Origin: Octopus sinensis
Lineage: Eukaryota
DNA length: 64,000 bases
Reading direction: 5' to 3'
NCBI RefSeq assembly: GCF_006345805.1
Contig: NC_043017.1
Location: 23,002,001-23,066,000 of the forward strand
Shown here: one piece after another, positions 12,110-24,843 of the stretch
How the letters are laid out: the number at the start of each line of letters is the position of its first letter
How positions within the stretch are numbered: the stretch's first letter is position 1
Notes under the pieces: model-generated
What the model was told of the DNA's origin: nothing
Seen by the model: only the letters and a program-made list of their open reading frames with translations
The model's database searches: none
Translations under genes and position numbers: made by a program

Positions 12110-12498
12110 GGATGGAAGCACTCCGTCGGTTACGACGATGAGGGTTCCGGTTGATCCGAATCAACGGAACAGCCTGCTCGTGAAATTAACGTGTAAGTGG
12201 CTGAGCACTCCACAGACACGTGTACCCTTAACGTAGTTCTCGGGGATATTCAGCGTGACACAGAGAGTGACAAGGCCAGCCCTTTGAAATACAGGTACAG
12301 CAGAAACAGGAAGTAAGAGTGAGAGAAAGTTGTGGTGAAAGAGTACAGCAGGGATCACCACCATCCCCTGCCGGAGCCTCGTGGAGCTTTAGGTGTTTTC
12401 GCTCAATAAACACTCACAACGCCCGGTCTGGGAATCGAAACCGCGATCCTACGACCGCGAGTCCGCTGCCCTAACTACTGGGCCATTGCGCCTCCACA
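12110..12498 (-). mobile_element. SINE family C (tRNA-Arg-like, OR1/OR2-like), full length with TSD
   Basis: 10-bp TSD ACATGTGATT (12100-12109 and 12499-12508); head GGAGGCGCAATGGCCCAGTAGTTAGG...GGTTTCGATTCC. Confidence 0.9.
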
Positions 12499-12639
12499 AC
12501 ATGTGATTACACGCTCACAAATAAACAATAATGAGACATACACACTTGTTGCTGACGTCATAAGAATTTTTGGAATAATAGATTGTCAAGAATATAAAGA
12601 ATATTGTCAAGAATATAAAGCTGTAAATAATAACAACAC

Positions 12640-13060
12640 GAAATATTGGCTTCAAAATTTGGGGTAAGTCGATTACATCAACCCCAGTATTCAACTGGTA
12701 ATCATTTTATCGACTCAGAAAGGATGAAAAGCAAAGTCGACCACGCCGGAATTTGAACTCAGAACGTAAAGACGGACTAAAATGGTGCTAAGCATTTTGC
12801 CCGGCGTGCTAACGATTCGGCCATCTCGCCGATTTGATAGCACGTAAATATAGGTTTAAAATGTTTAGCACAAGGCCAGCAATTTCGGGGGTGGGGGTGA
12901 GTCGATTGCATCGACCCCAGTACTCAACTGGTACTTAATTTATCGACCCCGAAAGGATGAAAGACACAGTGGATCTCGGCAGAATTTGAACTCAGAACGT
13001 AAAGACAGACGAAATGATGCTAAGCGTTTTACCCACCGTGCTAACTATTCTACTTGCAGG
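12640..13060 (-). mobile_element. two SINE-A copies (tail type 3 on the second)
   Basis: Family A body; tail AAATTGCTGGCCTTGTGCTAAACATTTTAAACC. Confidence 0.8.
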
Positions 13061-13224
13061 CCACCTTTAATATCCCGTAAATATAGGGTTGATAAAAAGT
13101 TGAAGGCTGCCTGTCTACAGGAGTTGTAGGTTCGTATCCCATAGGCAGCCTTTGACTTTTTTTTAAAAACAAAACAGGGATTTGGAAAGAGGTTTCTATT
13201 TTTTTATTCTTTTATTTGTTTCTG

Positions 13225-13970
13225 TTATTTGGCTCGGCCATGCTGGAGTACTACCTTAAGGAGCTTTTTAGTCGAAGAGATCGACCCAGGACTTACTCTT
13301 TGTAAGCCTGGTACTAATTCTATCGGTTTCTTTTGCCGAATCGGTTGGCTATCGATAGTGGGGGAGGGGCAATATAAACACAAAGCTACGCATACATAGA
13401 TATATACATACGTATATATATATATATATATATATCACCGTGATCACCGTGAACAACCAAGCTATCAGATGTTGCTACACATCGCTGGTCACAATGCGCT
13501 TCGCATTGATTTAGCCTTCAGATTACGCCACCCCACTGGCTAAGCGAGCAGGCCTACAGAAGAAAGAGTGAGAGAAAGTTGTGGCGAAAGAGTACAGCAG
13601 GGATCGCCACCTCCCGGCCGGAGCATCGTGGAGCTTTAGGTGTTTTCGCTCAATAAACACTCACAATGCCCAGTCTGGGAATCGAAACCGCGATCCTACA
13701 ACCGCGAGTTCGCTGCCCTAACCACTGGGCCATTGCGCTTCCACACACACCACACACACACACACCACACACACACACACACACACCACATATATATATA
13801 TATGTATATATGACGGACTTCTTTCAGGTCCTGTCTACCAAATCTACTCACAAGGCTTTGGTCGGCCGGACCCTGTAGAAGATACTTGCCCAAGGTGCCA
13901 TGCAGTGGGGCTGAAACCGGAACCATGTGGTTAGCAACCAAGCTTCTTACCACACAGCCACGCCTGCCCC
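13225..13970 (-). mobile_element. SINE-B interrupted by a family C variant (about 13430-13743) with a different tail
   Basis: B tail at 13225-13330 and B head at 13810-13970 flank a C-head element inserted in the B microsatellite. Confidence 0.75.
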
Positions 13971-14602
13971 TATAAACCTAGTTTTTAAACATCGAATGGC
14001 TGTGGGGTCCACCAAAGTAAAATAATAATCAAAGGGGTCCACAGGTAAAACAAATGGCCGAGAATCCCTTGTGTGAATGAAAGCTGCATGAGTGAGTGAG
14101 TGTGTGTGTGTGTGCGTGTGTGTGTGTGTGTGCTTGTTATATGAATGCTTGTCTGTTGTTCTATTGTGGGCGTACGTCTGCAGTATATGTTTGTTGTCTG
14201 AATGTGTGTGCGCACTTAGTATCTAGTGTGTCCGTGTGTCCGTGCGTGCGTGTGTATGTGAGTGGTGTGAGGCGAATACGTGTCGTTCTGTTGGGCGTAT
14301 GTTTGCAATGCGTATGTGTTTATTGAACATTTTGGTTATACTGTGTATGTGTGTGTGTGTGTGTGTGTGTATGTGTGTGTGTATGTGTGTTTTATAGTAT
14401 GTCTATGTCTGTATGTTTTGGAATATACGTATGTGTGTTGATGTGTGCGTGCTTGTATGTCACGCTGTCATATATTAATAGTTGATGGCTGATTTCCTGT
14501 TTTAACGATGATTGCGTTTGTTTTAGGAAGAAGAGAAAGAATAAACAATAAGTGTGTGTGTGTGTGTGTGTGCGCGCGCGCGTGTGTGTGTGTGTGCGTG
14601 TG

Positions 14603-14646
<44 letters not shown>

Positions 14647-15152
14647 GGCATATCAAGGAATAGTAGGACTATATATTCTTAAGTGCATCCTTCAATATTT
14701 ATTATATGAAATAGATTTCGCTGCTATTTTCAGCAGATCGAACGACCGTGTAGAGAGGTTTCTCGTCACATCATTGTTTACTGAGTAACAATCCTTCATA
14801 AGCAGTCCTGTAGCCAGAGAGTTTATGCCACCAAGAGCAGCCTTGAGTTTACCGCTCCATCCCCCCCACACACACACCAAACTGGGGTCACCAAGTTTGT
14901 ACAATCATAAAAGTCACAAAAGTGCCTCCACACCCATTCCCTTAAAAACATCACCAGGGTCCCCTCCGCGTCCTTATCGCACAAATCGCCCCTTTCATCA
15001 CCATCACTCCCATCAACCCCGTCGCCTCCCGTCAATTTCATCGCCCTCATCAACCCCATCGCCCCCAACCCCGCTACTATTTACATCCAGAGTTCGAAAC
15101 CAGCCGTGGTCAACTTAGCGTTTCGTACTTTTTAGGGCTTTATCAAATAAGC

Positions 15153-15279
15153 GCAATTCATGTGAGGGCAGCCGGAATGACATGGGCCGAGCTGAAGAGG
15201 ATCCTCCAGAACCGGGTCCGTTGGAAAAATGTTGTTCGGACCGTATGTTCCCCGAGGAATCAAGAGGCATAAGAAGAAG
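15153..15279 (+). mobile_element. RTE-clade LINE 3' end
   Basis: Translation AIHVRAAGMTWAELKRILQNRVRWKNVVRTVCSPRNQEA* followed by an (AAG)n tail. Confidence 0.75.
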
Positions 15280-16275
15280 TGTTCAAGAGGCATTTGTTTT
15301 AACGACTCCGAAAGGATGAAAGACAAAATCGACCCCGGCGAAATTTGAACTAAGAACGTCAAGCGGATGTAATACAGCTTAGCATTTTGCCTGATGTGCT
15401 AACGATTCTGCCAAGCTCGTCGACTGAGGAAAATAAAACAGATTGAAGTTAAATCCTGTCTGGAGACTTCAGACCCATTAGGCCGGAGCTTATCCTTTGT
15501 TCTTTTGGGGGTTTTTTTTTTTATGTAGTGTTTAAGCAATTGTGGCTTTAGGGGTTCTCGACCCCATCCTGAATGAGAGGCCACTCCGTCGGTGGATTGA
15601 TCTACAGATGTTGTTGTGAATACTTATTTACAGGCGAGTTAGGCTTAAGCAGTGTGAAGTGACTTGCTCAAGGGCAAAGCGTGCAACCGAACAAGAGTTG
15701 TTGTCGGTGACCATTTACAGCCGAGTGGGCTGGAGTGAGGTAGTAGTGGAGCTGCTGGTGATACTGATGATGGTGGTGGTGGTGGTAGTCTAGCGAAAGA
15801 GCGACAATCCAACTGTGGCCATTTTATATTCCTATACATCTTCAACTGCATTGCCGGAAGGGGGTCCTTCCATTTTGGGGCGTGATTGTTATTTGGGACA
15901 TTTGGCTAGCGTTTCTAGCGAGTCTTGCAACCGTGGCAGAGACATTCCCGTCGGCTCGCCTTATTTACTATTATTCCTTTCTACTCTAGGCACAAGGCCC
16001 GAAATTTTTTGGGGGGGAGGGGACCAGTCAATGAGATCGACTCCAATACGCAACTAGTACTTAATTTATCGACCCCAAAAGGATGAAAGGCAAAGTCGAC
16101 CTCGGCGGTTATTTACCTTTATCATAAGAGATTGCTTATATTGAGTTATAAACATTTAAGTAATTCGGTCATATATCATTACTCGTATATTAGCTAAAAA
16201 TAGTGATGTCATCGACTTGGTTCTAATACAATAAACTATGATGCGTCTAACTCTTTTTTTTTTATATTCCTGCAG

Positions 16276-16323
16276 ATTCCAACGGCGTTCTCTCAGATCA
16301 AATTAAACGACCAGGACCGCAAG
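16276..16323 (+). CDS. 48-nt internal exon candidate (phase 0-0: IPTAFSQIKLNDQDRK)
   Basis: Strong acceptor (T-run...ATATTCCTGCAG|) and donor (AAG|GTAAGC); open in phase 0, compatible with the 5666 donor; also open in one other frame (DSNGVLSDQIKRPGPQ). Confidence 0.6.
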
Positions 16324-16429
16324 GTAAGCAAAAGAAGTGAAACCGGGGAAGACTTTGGTGGATGTCGTCTGCATTTATACAATATTATAACATAGCATCT
16401 AAGAGATGCCTGTTTGTAAGCGTGTACAG

Positions 16430-16796
16430 TGTGTGTGTGTGTGTGTGTCTGTCTGTGTCTATACATATACATATATATTATATATATATATAATATATAT
16501 GTGTGTGTGTGTGTATATATATATGTATATATATATATATATATGTGTATATATATATGTATATATATATTATATATATATTATATATATATATATATGT
16601 GTGTGGTGTGTATATATATATGTATATATATATATATGTATATATATATGTATTATATTATATATAATATGTATATATATATTTATATATGTATATATAT
16701 GTATATATATATATGTATATATATATGTGTATATAATATATGTATATATATATATTGTATATATACATATATACATATATGTATATATATATGTGT

Positions 16797-16888
<92 letters not shown>

Positions 16889-16905
16889 TAATATATGTAT
16901 GTATG
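16430..16905. repeat. degenerate (TA)n/(TG)n microsatellite
   Basis: Direct inspection. Confidence 0.95.
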
Positions 16906-16916
16906 TATGTGCGGTG

Positions 16917-17120
16917 GCGGTGTGCTGGAAAGTTCCTGGCAAACAAAAAGGAGGATCAGTTAATTATGATTTTATTCAACATATTCCTCTTACAGATTCA
17001 CAAACTTATTGCAACGGTCCGTCAGTTTTTCTAAGCCCTGTAAAAGAACTTGGATGGTTGGACCTCCAACCAGGCTTTTCGCGACACCTTTAAAGCAAGG
17101 AACTTCTCAGAACCCCCTCA
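16917..17120 (-). mobile_element. mariner-derived MITE (internal deletion derivative)
   Basis: Imperfect TIRs GGTGTGCTGGAAAGTTCCTGGC / GCAAGGAACTTCTCAGAACCCCC; the interior reads like a mariner C-terminus ([12 protein letters not shown]...); relative at 46041-46178. Confidence 0.65.
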
Positions 17121-17132
17121 TGTGTATGTGTA

Positions 17133-17164
<32 letters not shown>

Positions 17165-17638
17165 AGGATAAGATCGTTAATTTAGATATCGATCTTATCA
17201 AGTGGCCAGCATAGGAATAAAAACCTTTAAAGGTAATAATTATTATCAAAATTATAATTTAGGGTATCTAAGAGATACCGTCACGCTGGAAATAGCAGCC
17301 AAAACCTGACTCTAAAAAATATATATATATACACTGTACCTACTCGTGTATAAGTCACGCGATTTTTACTGAAAATGCTGGGGTGTGACCTTAAACACGA
17401 GTAAATACGGTATTTGTGTGTGTGTGTGTGTGTATACATACATACATATACTTGCAGGCATTTAATAGTCTTTCTGACTGTGCTTCTTTTTTCTTCCGCT
17501 TTATCCATATTTTTCTTTCTATCTTTGAATCAATATCCAACTCTCTGTTAATCTTTCAATCATTTTATCTATTAAATAATCTGTCTGCCTACCTAGTCAT
17601 CCACATTTTTAGCTGCCCATCAACTTAACTACCTACTC

Positions 17639-17706
<68 letters not shown>

Positions 17707-17917
17707 GTCTGTCTGTCTGTCTGTATTCGTTCGAAGACGATAATTACCGTCGTTGCTACTCAGAGTTCCACATCACGTCAGAGGTAGCGAAGGAATGGGT
17801 GGGAAGGAATGGATATACTCCACTACATGTATTGAGTACTTTTCCTTTTTTTTTTGTTTGTTCAACCACAAATACAAATACTGATGCGTGTGTGTGTTCT
17901 GTGTCTGTGTGTGTGTG

Positions 17918-17956
<39 letters not shown>

Positions 17957-18460
17957 TGTGTTGTGTGTGAGTGTGTTTGTGTGCATGCGTGTGTGTGTAG
18001 TGGCGTTTGTACAATAACTAATAGGATATCAGCAACAACTTCAGTTTCATCGTGTGCTGGGGAAACATTACTTTTAACCCATGCAGAACTAGCCATTCGG
18101 ACATGAAACACAAGTTGTTGTAAATGTTCCATTAGTTTTTATATAAAGATCATTTTAAACCCTTATACCAACCTCGTATATGCAGTCACGTTGGCTCGTG
18201 GTGGCTATTATTGTTTGTTAGAGAGAGAGAGAGTCTGTAAATATTATTCGCGGTGGTATTTTCCTTCCTGTTCTTTACGTTCTGAGTTCAAACACCACTG
18301 CGGGCAACTTTTGCTTCATCCTTCCGATGTGGTTAAAGTAAAATATACACTCACACACACACACATACACACATACGCAGATAAATAGAGAGAGAGAAAG
18401 ATATATTTATATATATATATATATATTTATAGGCAGGCAAGCAGATAGTGAGAATGTCGG

Positions 18461-18494
<34 letters not shown>

Positions 18495-19149
18495 TGTGTG
18501 TATATTTTGGGGTGTGTTTTGCTTGTTTAGTCTGGTTTATTTGCAAAAATTTCGGACAACAGAAACAAAGCACAATACAAACATAATTGTAAGACTCTCT
18601 CTATCTCTCTCTCTGTCTGTCTTTCAATGTGTGTGTGTGTGTGTGTGTGTGTAGCTTCGTATATATGTATGTGCATGTATATATACGCATGTAACGGTTT
18701 ATAGTCACGTTAAGTTAACTAACTCCCACTGAAATCATATTCTGATTAACTCGACTATTTCTAGTTGTCCGTGATTTCAACACTTCCTTTGTATCTCTCA
18801 CATACTTTTCTTTGACCTCACAAAACTGGGGTATGATATGACCGAAATTTGGTTGCTGTTTTAGCAGGCCGGACGACCATGTAGAACTTTCTTTAATTCT
18901 ATGACATATTTTTCTTTCGTTTTCTTCTTGCATTTATCTCTATTTTTTTATATTTTGTTTATGTGTTTTCTTTATTTTTTTTCTATCCGTTATATTCTTT
19001 CCTCTGGTCAGTTGCAATGTTGCTTTCCTTATATTCCTTCCTTCCTTCCATCCCTTCTTCGATCCATTAATTCCGTCAACTATTCTTAGGAGGGTAGATA
19101 GGGTAGAGTCCCCGGGCACCTCCTCCATAGGGTCCTACCATAAGCAATG

Positions 19150-20010
19150 GTCATCTTTCTTTCCGGTCGGATTCTCAAGCATGACCAACTTTGACTACGA
19201 CTATTATCCTGCCATCTCTTTCATGGTCTATCTTTAGGTTTGCACGGCTTCAAGAATCTCTCTTGCGATTCCTTCATGCGACATTCTAATCATTTGTCTG
19301 TGATATCGGAACTGAGATCCTTCAAAGCGAACAAGCAGCGACTCGACCTAGGGAGATTCTCTGATCTCGTGCCATGCACCCTGTCGAGTAACGTTACTCT
19401 AGAGACCTTTCGAAAGAACCCCATTTCGTCCGCTTGTACCGTAAATCCTCGAGTATAATCTGCATCCCCCCCCCCCAAATTTAAAGGTCAAAATCCCTAG
19501 TGCGTACTATATACGAGGTTAAAAATGAAAAATATTTTCTAAGCAATGTCCGGGTCTCTATTTGCTATCCGGCAATGTTTATTCAGACGCATTTTATGAT
19601 GTTGGACGCGAAAATATCTTAAGCTAAGCCTGAAAGCAATGAAGTCATAAAAGAATCATCCATAACTTGCAGTAAGCAACATTTATTAAAATAAAAGTAT
19701 TCAGAACACAGAATAACATATAACAAAAACAATTTGCAAACATATTTACATTCCCATATAACAGTTAAGAACATCACCCTTATTGTATTACGCCTGCACG
19801 GAAGTGTTTGTTCGACTAGGTGCTGCTGGTTTAATTACGCACGACTCAAGTTAGAGAAGGGGTGCGTATTATACACAAGGTTTAGGTTTTTCAGAGGTAC
19901 AGCCCCCTAAAAATCCCTTGCGTATTATACTCAAGGGCGGACTATACTCGAAGATTTACGGTATTCACGATCGTATTCCGATTTTATTTTACTCCACGAG
20001 GCCTTTTAGT
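19150..20010 (-). mobile_element. RTE LINE C-terminal fragment interrupted by a MITE
   Basis: IRS*IQADEMGFFRKVSRVTLLDRV is restored across the MITE insertion site; degenerate downstream motifs. Confidence 0.7.
19439..19961. mobile_element. pogo/Tigger-type (Tc1/mariner superfamily) MITE
   Basis: TIRs CCGTAAATCCTCGAGTATAATCTGC / GCGGACTATACTCGAAGATTTACGG; TA TSD at 19437-19438 and 19962-19963. Confidence 0.85.
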
Positions 20011-20219
20011 ACAATCAAAGGAAGACCTGATTGATGAGAGAATTCACGTTAACTTACGGGACCCGTAAAAATTCGCGTTTTATAATTATTTTGATTTCTC
20101 ACTGTTCAGAGCATTGCTTCATTACATTCAGTATTCCGGTTACAATCTTGGATTTCGTCTCATCGTTAAGGTTCTTTGGAAGTATAACTCTTGAACACTC
20201 AATGATACAATCAGAATAA

Positions 20220-21090
20220 TATTGGTTTCAAATTTTGGCATCGATTCCAGGACTCAATTAGTAGCCATTTCATCGAACCCAGAAAGGGATGGAAGGCAAA
20301 GCCGATCTCGGCGGAATTTGAACCCAGAACGTAAAGATGAACGAAATGCCGCTAAACATTTTACCCGGTGTGCTAACGATTCTTATTTCTTTATTGCCCG
20401 CTAATCACAGAGGGGACAAACAAGGACAGACAAAGTGATTAAGTCGATTACATCGACCACAGTGCTCAACTGATACTTTATTTATCGACCCCGAAAGGAT
20501 GAAAGGCAAAGTCGACCTCGGCGGAATTTGAACTCAGAACGTAGCAGCAAACGAAATACCGCAAAGCATTTCGCCCGGTGTGCTAACGATTCTGCCAGCT
20601 CGCCACCTTCAACAATCGAAATAATATTAGAGGAGATAAAGAATTTGGCAAACGACCTCGGAAATTCAGTCTTCGGTGACACGGCAATGCGCTTATCATA
20701 ATGACAAAGGTCTCTCACATAATCCTTTCTACTTTAGGTACAAGGCCGGAAATTTTGGGGGAAGGGACTAGACGATTGCATCGACGCCAGTGTTTCACTG
20801 GTACTTAATCTATCGACTCCGAAAGGATGCAAGGCAAAGTCGACCTCGGTGGAATTTGAACTCAGAACGTAAAGACGGACGAAATGCCCCTTAGCATTTC
20901 GCCCGGCGTGCTAACGATTCTGCCAGCTCGCTTCCTTAGAGGTTTCTCACATCATAAGAAGTTCAGTACCCCATCACCACAGTCCTGAAATTGAATGGTG
21001 TCATTTAAAAAAAATTTTTTTTATTGATATGAAAGGAGGAAAGGCAAAGTCGACCTCAGTGGGACTCGAACTCAGAACGTAAATGGACGT
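20220..21090 (-). mobile_element. block of about 4 SINE-A copies
   Basis: Repeated family A motifs, all on the minus strand. Confidence 0.85.
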
Positions 21091-21202
21091 TACTGAATTA
21101 ACACGTTTTGTCAATCGCTCTTCCGATTTTATCATGAATACAAGAGCGGCGGCGGCGGTGGTGGTGGTGGTGCTGCTGCTGCTGCTGGAAACGGCGGCTC
21201 CT

Positions 21203-21204
<2 letters not shown>

Positions 21205-21294
<90 letters not shown>

Positions 21295-21340
21295 TGTTGT
21301 TGTAGTAGTAGTAGTAGTAGCTGTTGTTGTTGTTGTTATT
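21205..21340. repeat. (GTA)n/(GTG)n/(GTT)n trinucleotide repeat
   Basis: Direct inspection; source of the poly-Thr/poly-Val ORFs. Confidence 0.95.
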
Positions 21341-21647
21341 ATGAAATAGAGAAAGGCATGGAAAAACAATAGAAATGTAGGTGAGTCAACCTGAATGAGA
21401 TTCGAGGCCCTGCTTTTGTTATTGGCAACGAACGACCAGGTTAATAGAGAATCACCAAATCATGATTAATTACAGTCGGCGGTGGTGACGATAGTGGTGG
21501 TGGCGGCGGCGGCGGTGGTGGTGGGGAGTGGAAATGAGGAATTCATATAAATTAGTTATGTGGGTGGCGGACTGAGATCGGCGAGTTATTGACCTATGGA
21601 CAATTGTGTTTCGAAAACGATTTATTATTTTTAATTAACGGTGGGTA

Positions 21648-22320
21648 AGGTGGCGAGCTGGCAGAATCGTTAGCACGCCGGGCGAACTGCTTAGCGGTAT
21701 TTCGTCTGCGGCTACGTTCTGAGTTCAAATTCCGCCGAGGTCGACTTTGCCTTTCATCCTTTCGGGGTCGATTAAATAAGTACCAGTTACGCACTGGGGT
21801 CCATATAATAGACTTAATCCGTTTGTCTTCTCTTTGTGTAGCCCCTTGTGGGCAGTAAAGGAATTTTTTTACAAGGCAGCGAGCTGGCAGAAACGTTAGC
21901 ACGCCGGGCAAAATGCTTAGTAGTATTTCGTCTGTCGTGACGTTCTGAGTTCAGATTCCGCCGAGGTCGACTTTGCCTTTCATCCTTTCAGGGTCGATTA
22001 AATAAGTATCAGTTACGCACTGGGGTCGATATAATCGATTTAATCCGTTTGTCTGACCTTGTTTGTCCTCTCTGTGTGTAGCCCCTTGCGGTTAGTAAAG
22101 AAACAAGAATCGTTAGCACGCTGGACAAAACGCTACGCGGCATTTCCTCTGGCACTTTACGTTCTGAGTTCAAATTCCGCCGAGGTCGACTTTTCCTTTT
22201 ATCCTTTTGGGGTCGATAAAGTAAGTGTCATTTGATTACTGGGGGGTCGATGTAATCGACTTACCCATCTACTCTGAAATTGCTCGCCTTGTGCTAAAAT
22301 TTGAAACAAGTATTACTAAC
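21648..22320 (+). mobile_element. block of 3 tandem SINE-A copies
   Basis: Heads at about 21648, 21876 and 22108. Confidence 0.85.
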
Positions 22321-23027
22321 TAGCACTCTATCGGTTGCGTCGATGGGTTTTCCCGTTGATCCAATCAACGAAACAGCTTGCTCGTGAAATTAACGTGGAA
22401 GTTGATGAGCACTCTATAGACACGCGTACTCTTGGCGAAGTTCTCATGGGGATTCAGCTTGTGACAGACTGTGACCCTTTGAAACAGACTGTGACTCTTT
22501 GAAATACAGGTTCAACTCATTTTTGCCAGTTGATGGACTGGAGTAATGTGAAATAAAGCATCTTGCTCAAGACGCAAAGCACCGCCAGGAATCGAACTCG
22601 CGACCTAACGATCGGGAGCCGAATACACTAAGTACCAAACCATGCGCCTTTAGTAACATTATTCTTTTCTACTCTAGGCACAAGGCCCTAAATTTTTGGG
22701 GGGTGGGGGGCAACTGGTACATAATTTATCGACCTCGAAAGGATGAAAGGCAGAGTCGATCTCGGTAGAATTTGAATTCAGAACGTGAAGGCACAAAATA
22801 TGGCTAAGCATTTCGCTCGGCGTGCTAACGTTTCTGCCAGCTCACTGCCTTCCTTTAGTAATATTATTGAATGCAATAATAACCACACCACTTTACTGGA
22901 AATGGACTGGATGTTGATACTCAATGATACTCTAAGAGGAGCTCTGTACTCACCAGTAGTATACATACATCTAACTGTACACATAAGACAAACCATAGAT
23001 ATATATTTTTTTTTCTCACTCCGTCGG

Positions 23028-23379
23028 TTACGACGATGAGGGTTCCGGTTGATCCGAATCAACGGAACAGCCTGCTCTTGAAATTAACGTGTAAGTGGCT
23101 GAGCACTCCACAGACACGTGTACCCTTAACGTTGTTCTCGGGGATATTCAGCGTGACACAGAGAGTGACAAGGCCGGCCCTTTGAAATACAGGTACAACA
23201 GAAACAGGAAGTAAGAGTGAGAGACAGTTGTGGTGAAAGAGTAGCGCAGGGATCGCCACCATCCCCTGCCGGAGCTTCGTGGAGCTTTAGGTGTTTTCGC
23301 TCAATAAACACTCACAACGCCCGGTCTGGGAATCGAAACCGCGAGTCCGCTGCCCTAAGCACTGGGCCATTGCGCCTCC
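23028..23379 (-). mobile_element. SINE family C
   Basis: Near-identical to 12110-12498; explains the duplicated ORFs 12161/23059 and 12228/23126. Confidence 0.9.
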
Positions 23380-23394
23380 ACCCATATATATATA

Positions 23395-23800
23395 GAGGGT
23401 AATTGAAAAGTAATTCCCTATTTTAAAATACTTATAAATTTATTTAAGTGTAATTTTCCAAGAGAAAAATTTGTTTTGAAAGGGAAGCTTTTAGTGTGAA
23501 GTTTTATTTTAAATTCAGTACGGGTTCCAGATGTCGCCACCAGCTTCTTGAGTCGCCCCAGGATTGCATCAAGTGATTTCATCAGGAACTCTGATGAGAT
23601 GGAAGATATAAGTTCTCGTATTCGCCCATTCAAGTTCTTCCAGATCTTTGGTTTGTTACTGTAGATTTGTTTCTTTAACCAACCCCCAAATAAAAAAGTC
23701 ACAGGGTGTCAGGTCGGGGCTCCTGGCTGGCCACTCATGCGGACCACGACGATCCCTCCAACGCCCGTGGAAGTGGACATTCAGTCATTCACGAACGACA
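23395..23800 (-). pseudogene. Tc1/mariner transposase C-terminal fossil with 3' TIR
   Basis: EWPARSPDLTPCDFF motif, then after a frameshift GWLKKQIYSNKPK...GRIRELISSI...GRLKKLVA; TIR-like TA|GAGGGTAATTGAAAAGT at 23395. Confidence 0.8.
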
Positions 23801-23896
23801 AGAACAATATGATCGCAGATTAAATTCTCAAACTTCAAAAACGAAAGGACAAAAAATTTGAGGCAAAAATTACAATTAATAAAAATAATTTATAAA

Positions 23897-24290
23897 TGGC
23901 TGTGTGGTAAGTTGCTTGCTTATCAACCACATAGTTCCGGGTTCGTCCCACTGCGTGGCACCTTGGGCAAGTGTCTTCTACTATAGCCTCGGGCCAACCA
24001 AAGCCTTGTGAGTGGATTTGGTATACGGAAACTGAAAGAAGCCCATCGTATATATGTATGTGTGTGTGTGTGTGTGTTTGTGTGTCTGTGTTTGTCCCCG
24101 CAACATAGCTTGACAACCGATGCTGATGTGTTTACGTCCCCGTAACTTAGCGGTTCGGCAAAAGATACCGATAGAATAAGTACTAGGCTTACAAAGAATA
24201 AGTCCTGGGGTCGATTTGCTCGACTAAAGGCGGTGCTCCAGCATGGCCCGCAGTCAAATGACTGAAACAAGTGAAAGATTAAAAGAGCAT
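23897..24290 (+). mobile_element. SINE family B
   Basis: Homology to 9285-9712. Confidence 0.9.
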
Positions 24291-24769
24291 CTTAGAATAG
24301 GGAGTTACATGTGTGTGTGTGTGTGTGTGTGTTTTCGCGATACGATTTGTAAATATCCGTTCATTAAAGTAGGAGGAAAAAATTTTAAGAAAAGTCATTG
24401 TTATTCAATTCTGTGTGTTATATATACGTGTGTGTGTGTGTGTGTTGTGTGTGTGCGTGTGTGTGTGTGTTTAAGATGAATGCATCGCATTCCTATAATG
24501 TATTCAATTTGTGAATGGAATTAATAACCCAAGACTAACCATTATAGCTTTCTGGTGCATTGCGGTATCGTCCGGATATTAAGATATACTCTAAGGATGT
24601 AAGGGAGGTAACTGCTTTCGCACTCCTCGCGTTTTGAACTTTGAAGTCGGAGAAACGACAGAAGTCGTCTTCTGTTGCCTTTTTTGCTTTCCCAAGAAGT
24701 AACGCGGTTTGGGGTTACGAGGGAAAGTTAAACCCAGGTCTTACGATAGCCGCAGAAGCAGCAGCAACG

Positions 24770-24775
24770 GTAGTG

Positions 24776-24843
<68 letters not shown>

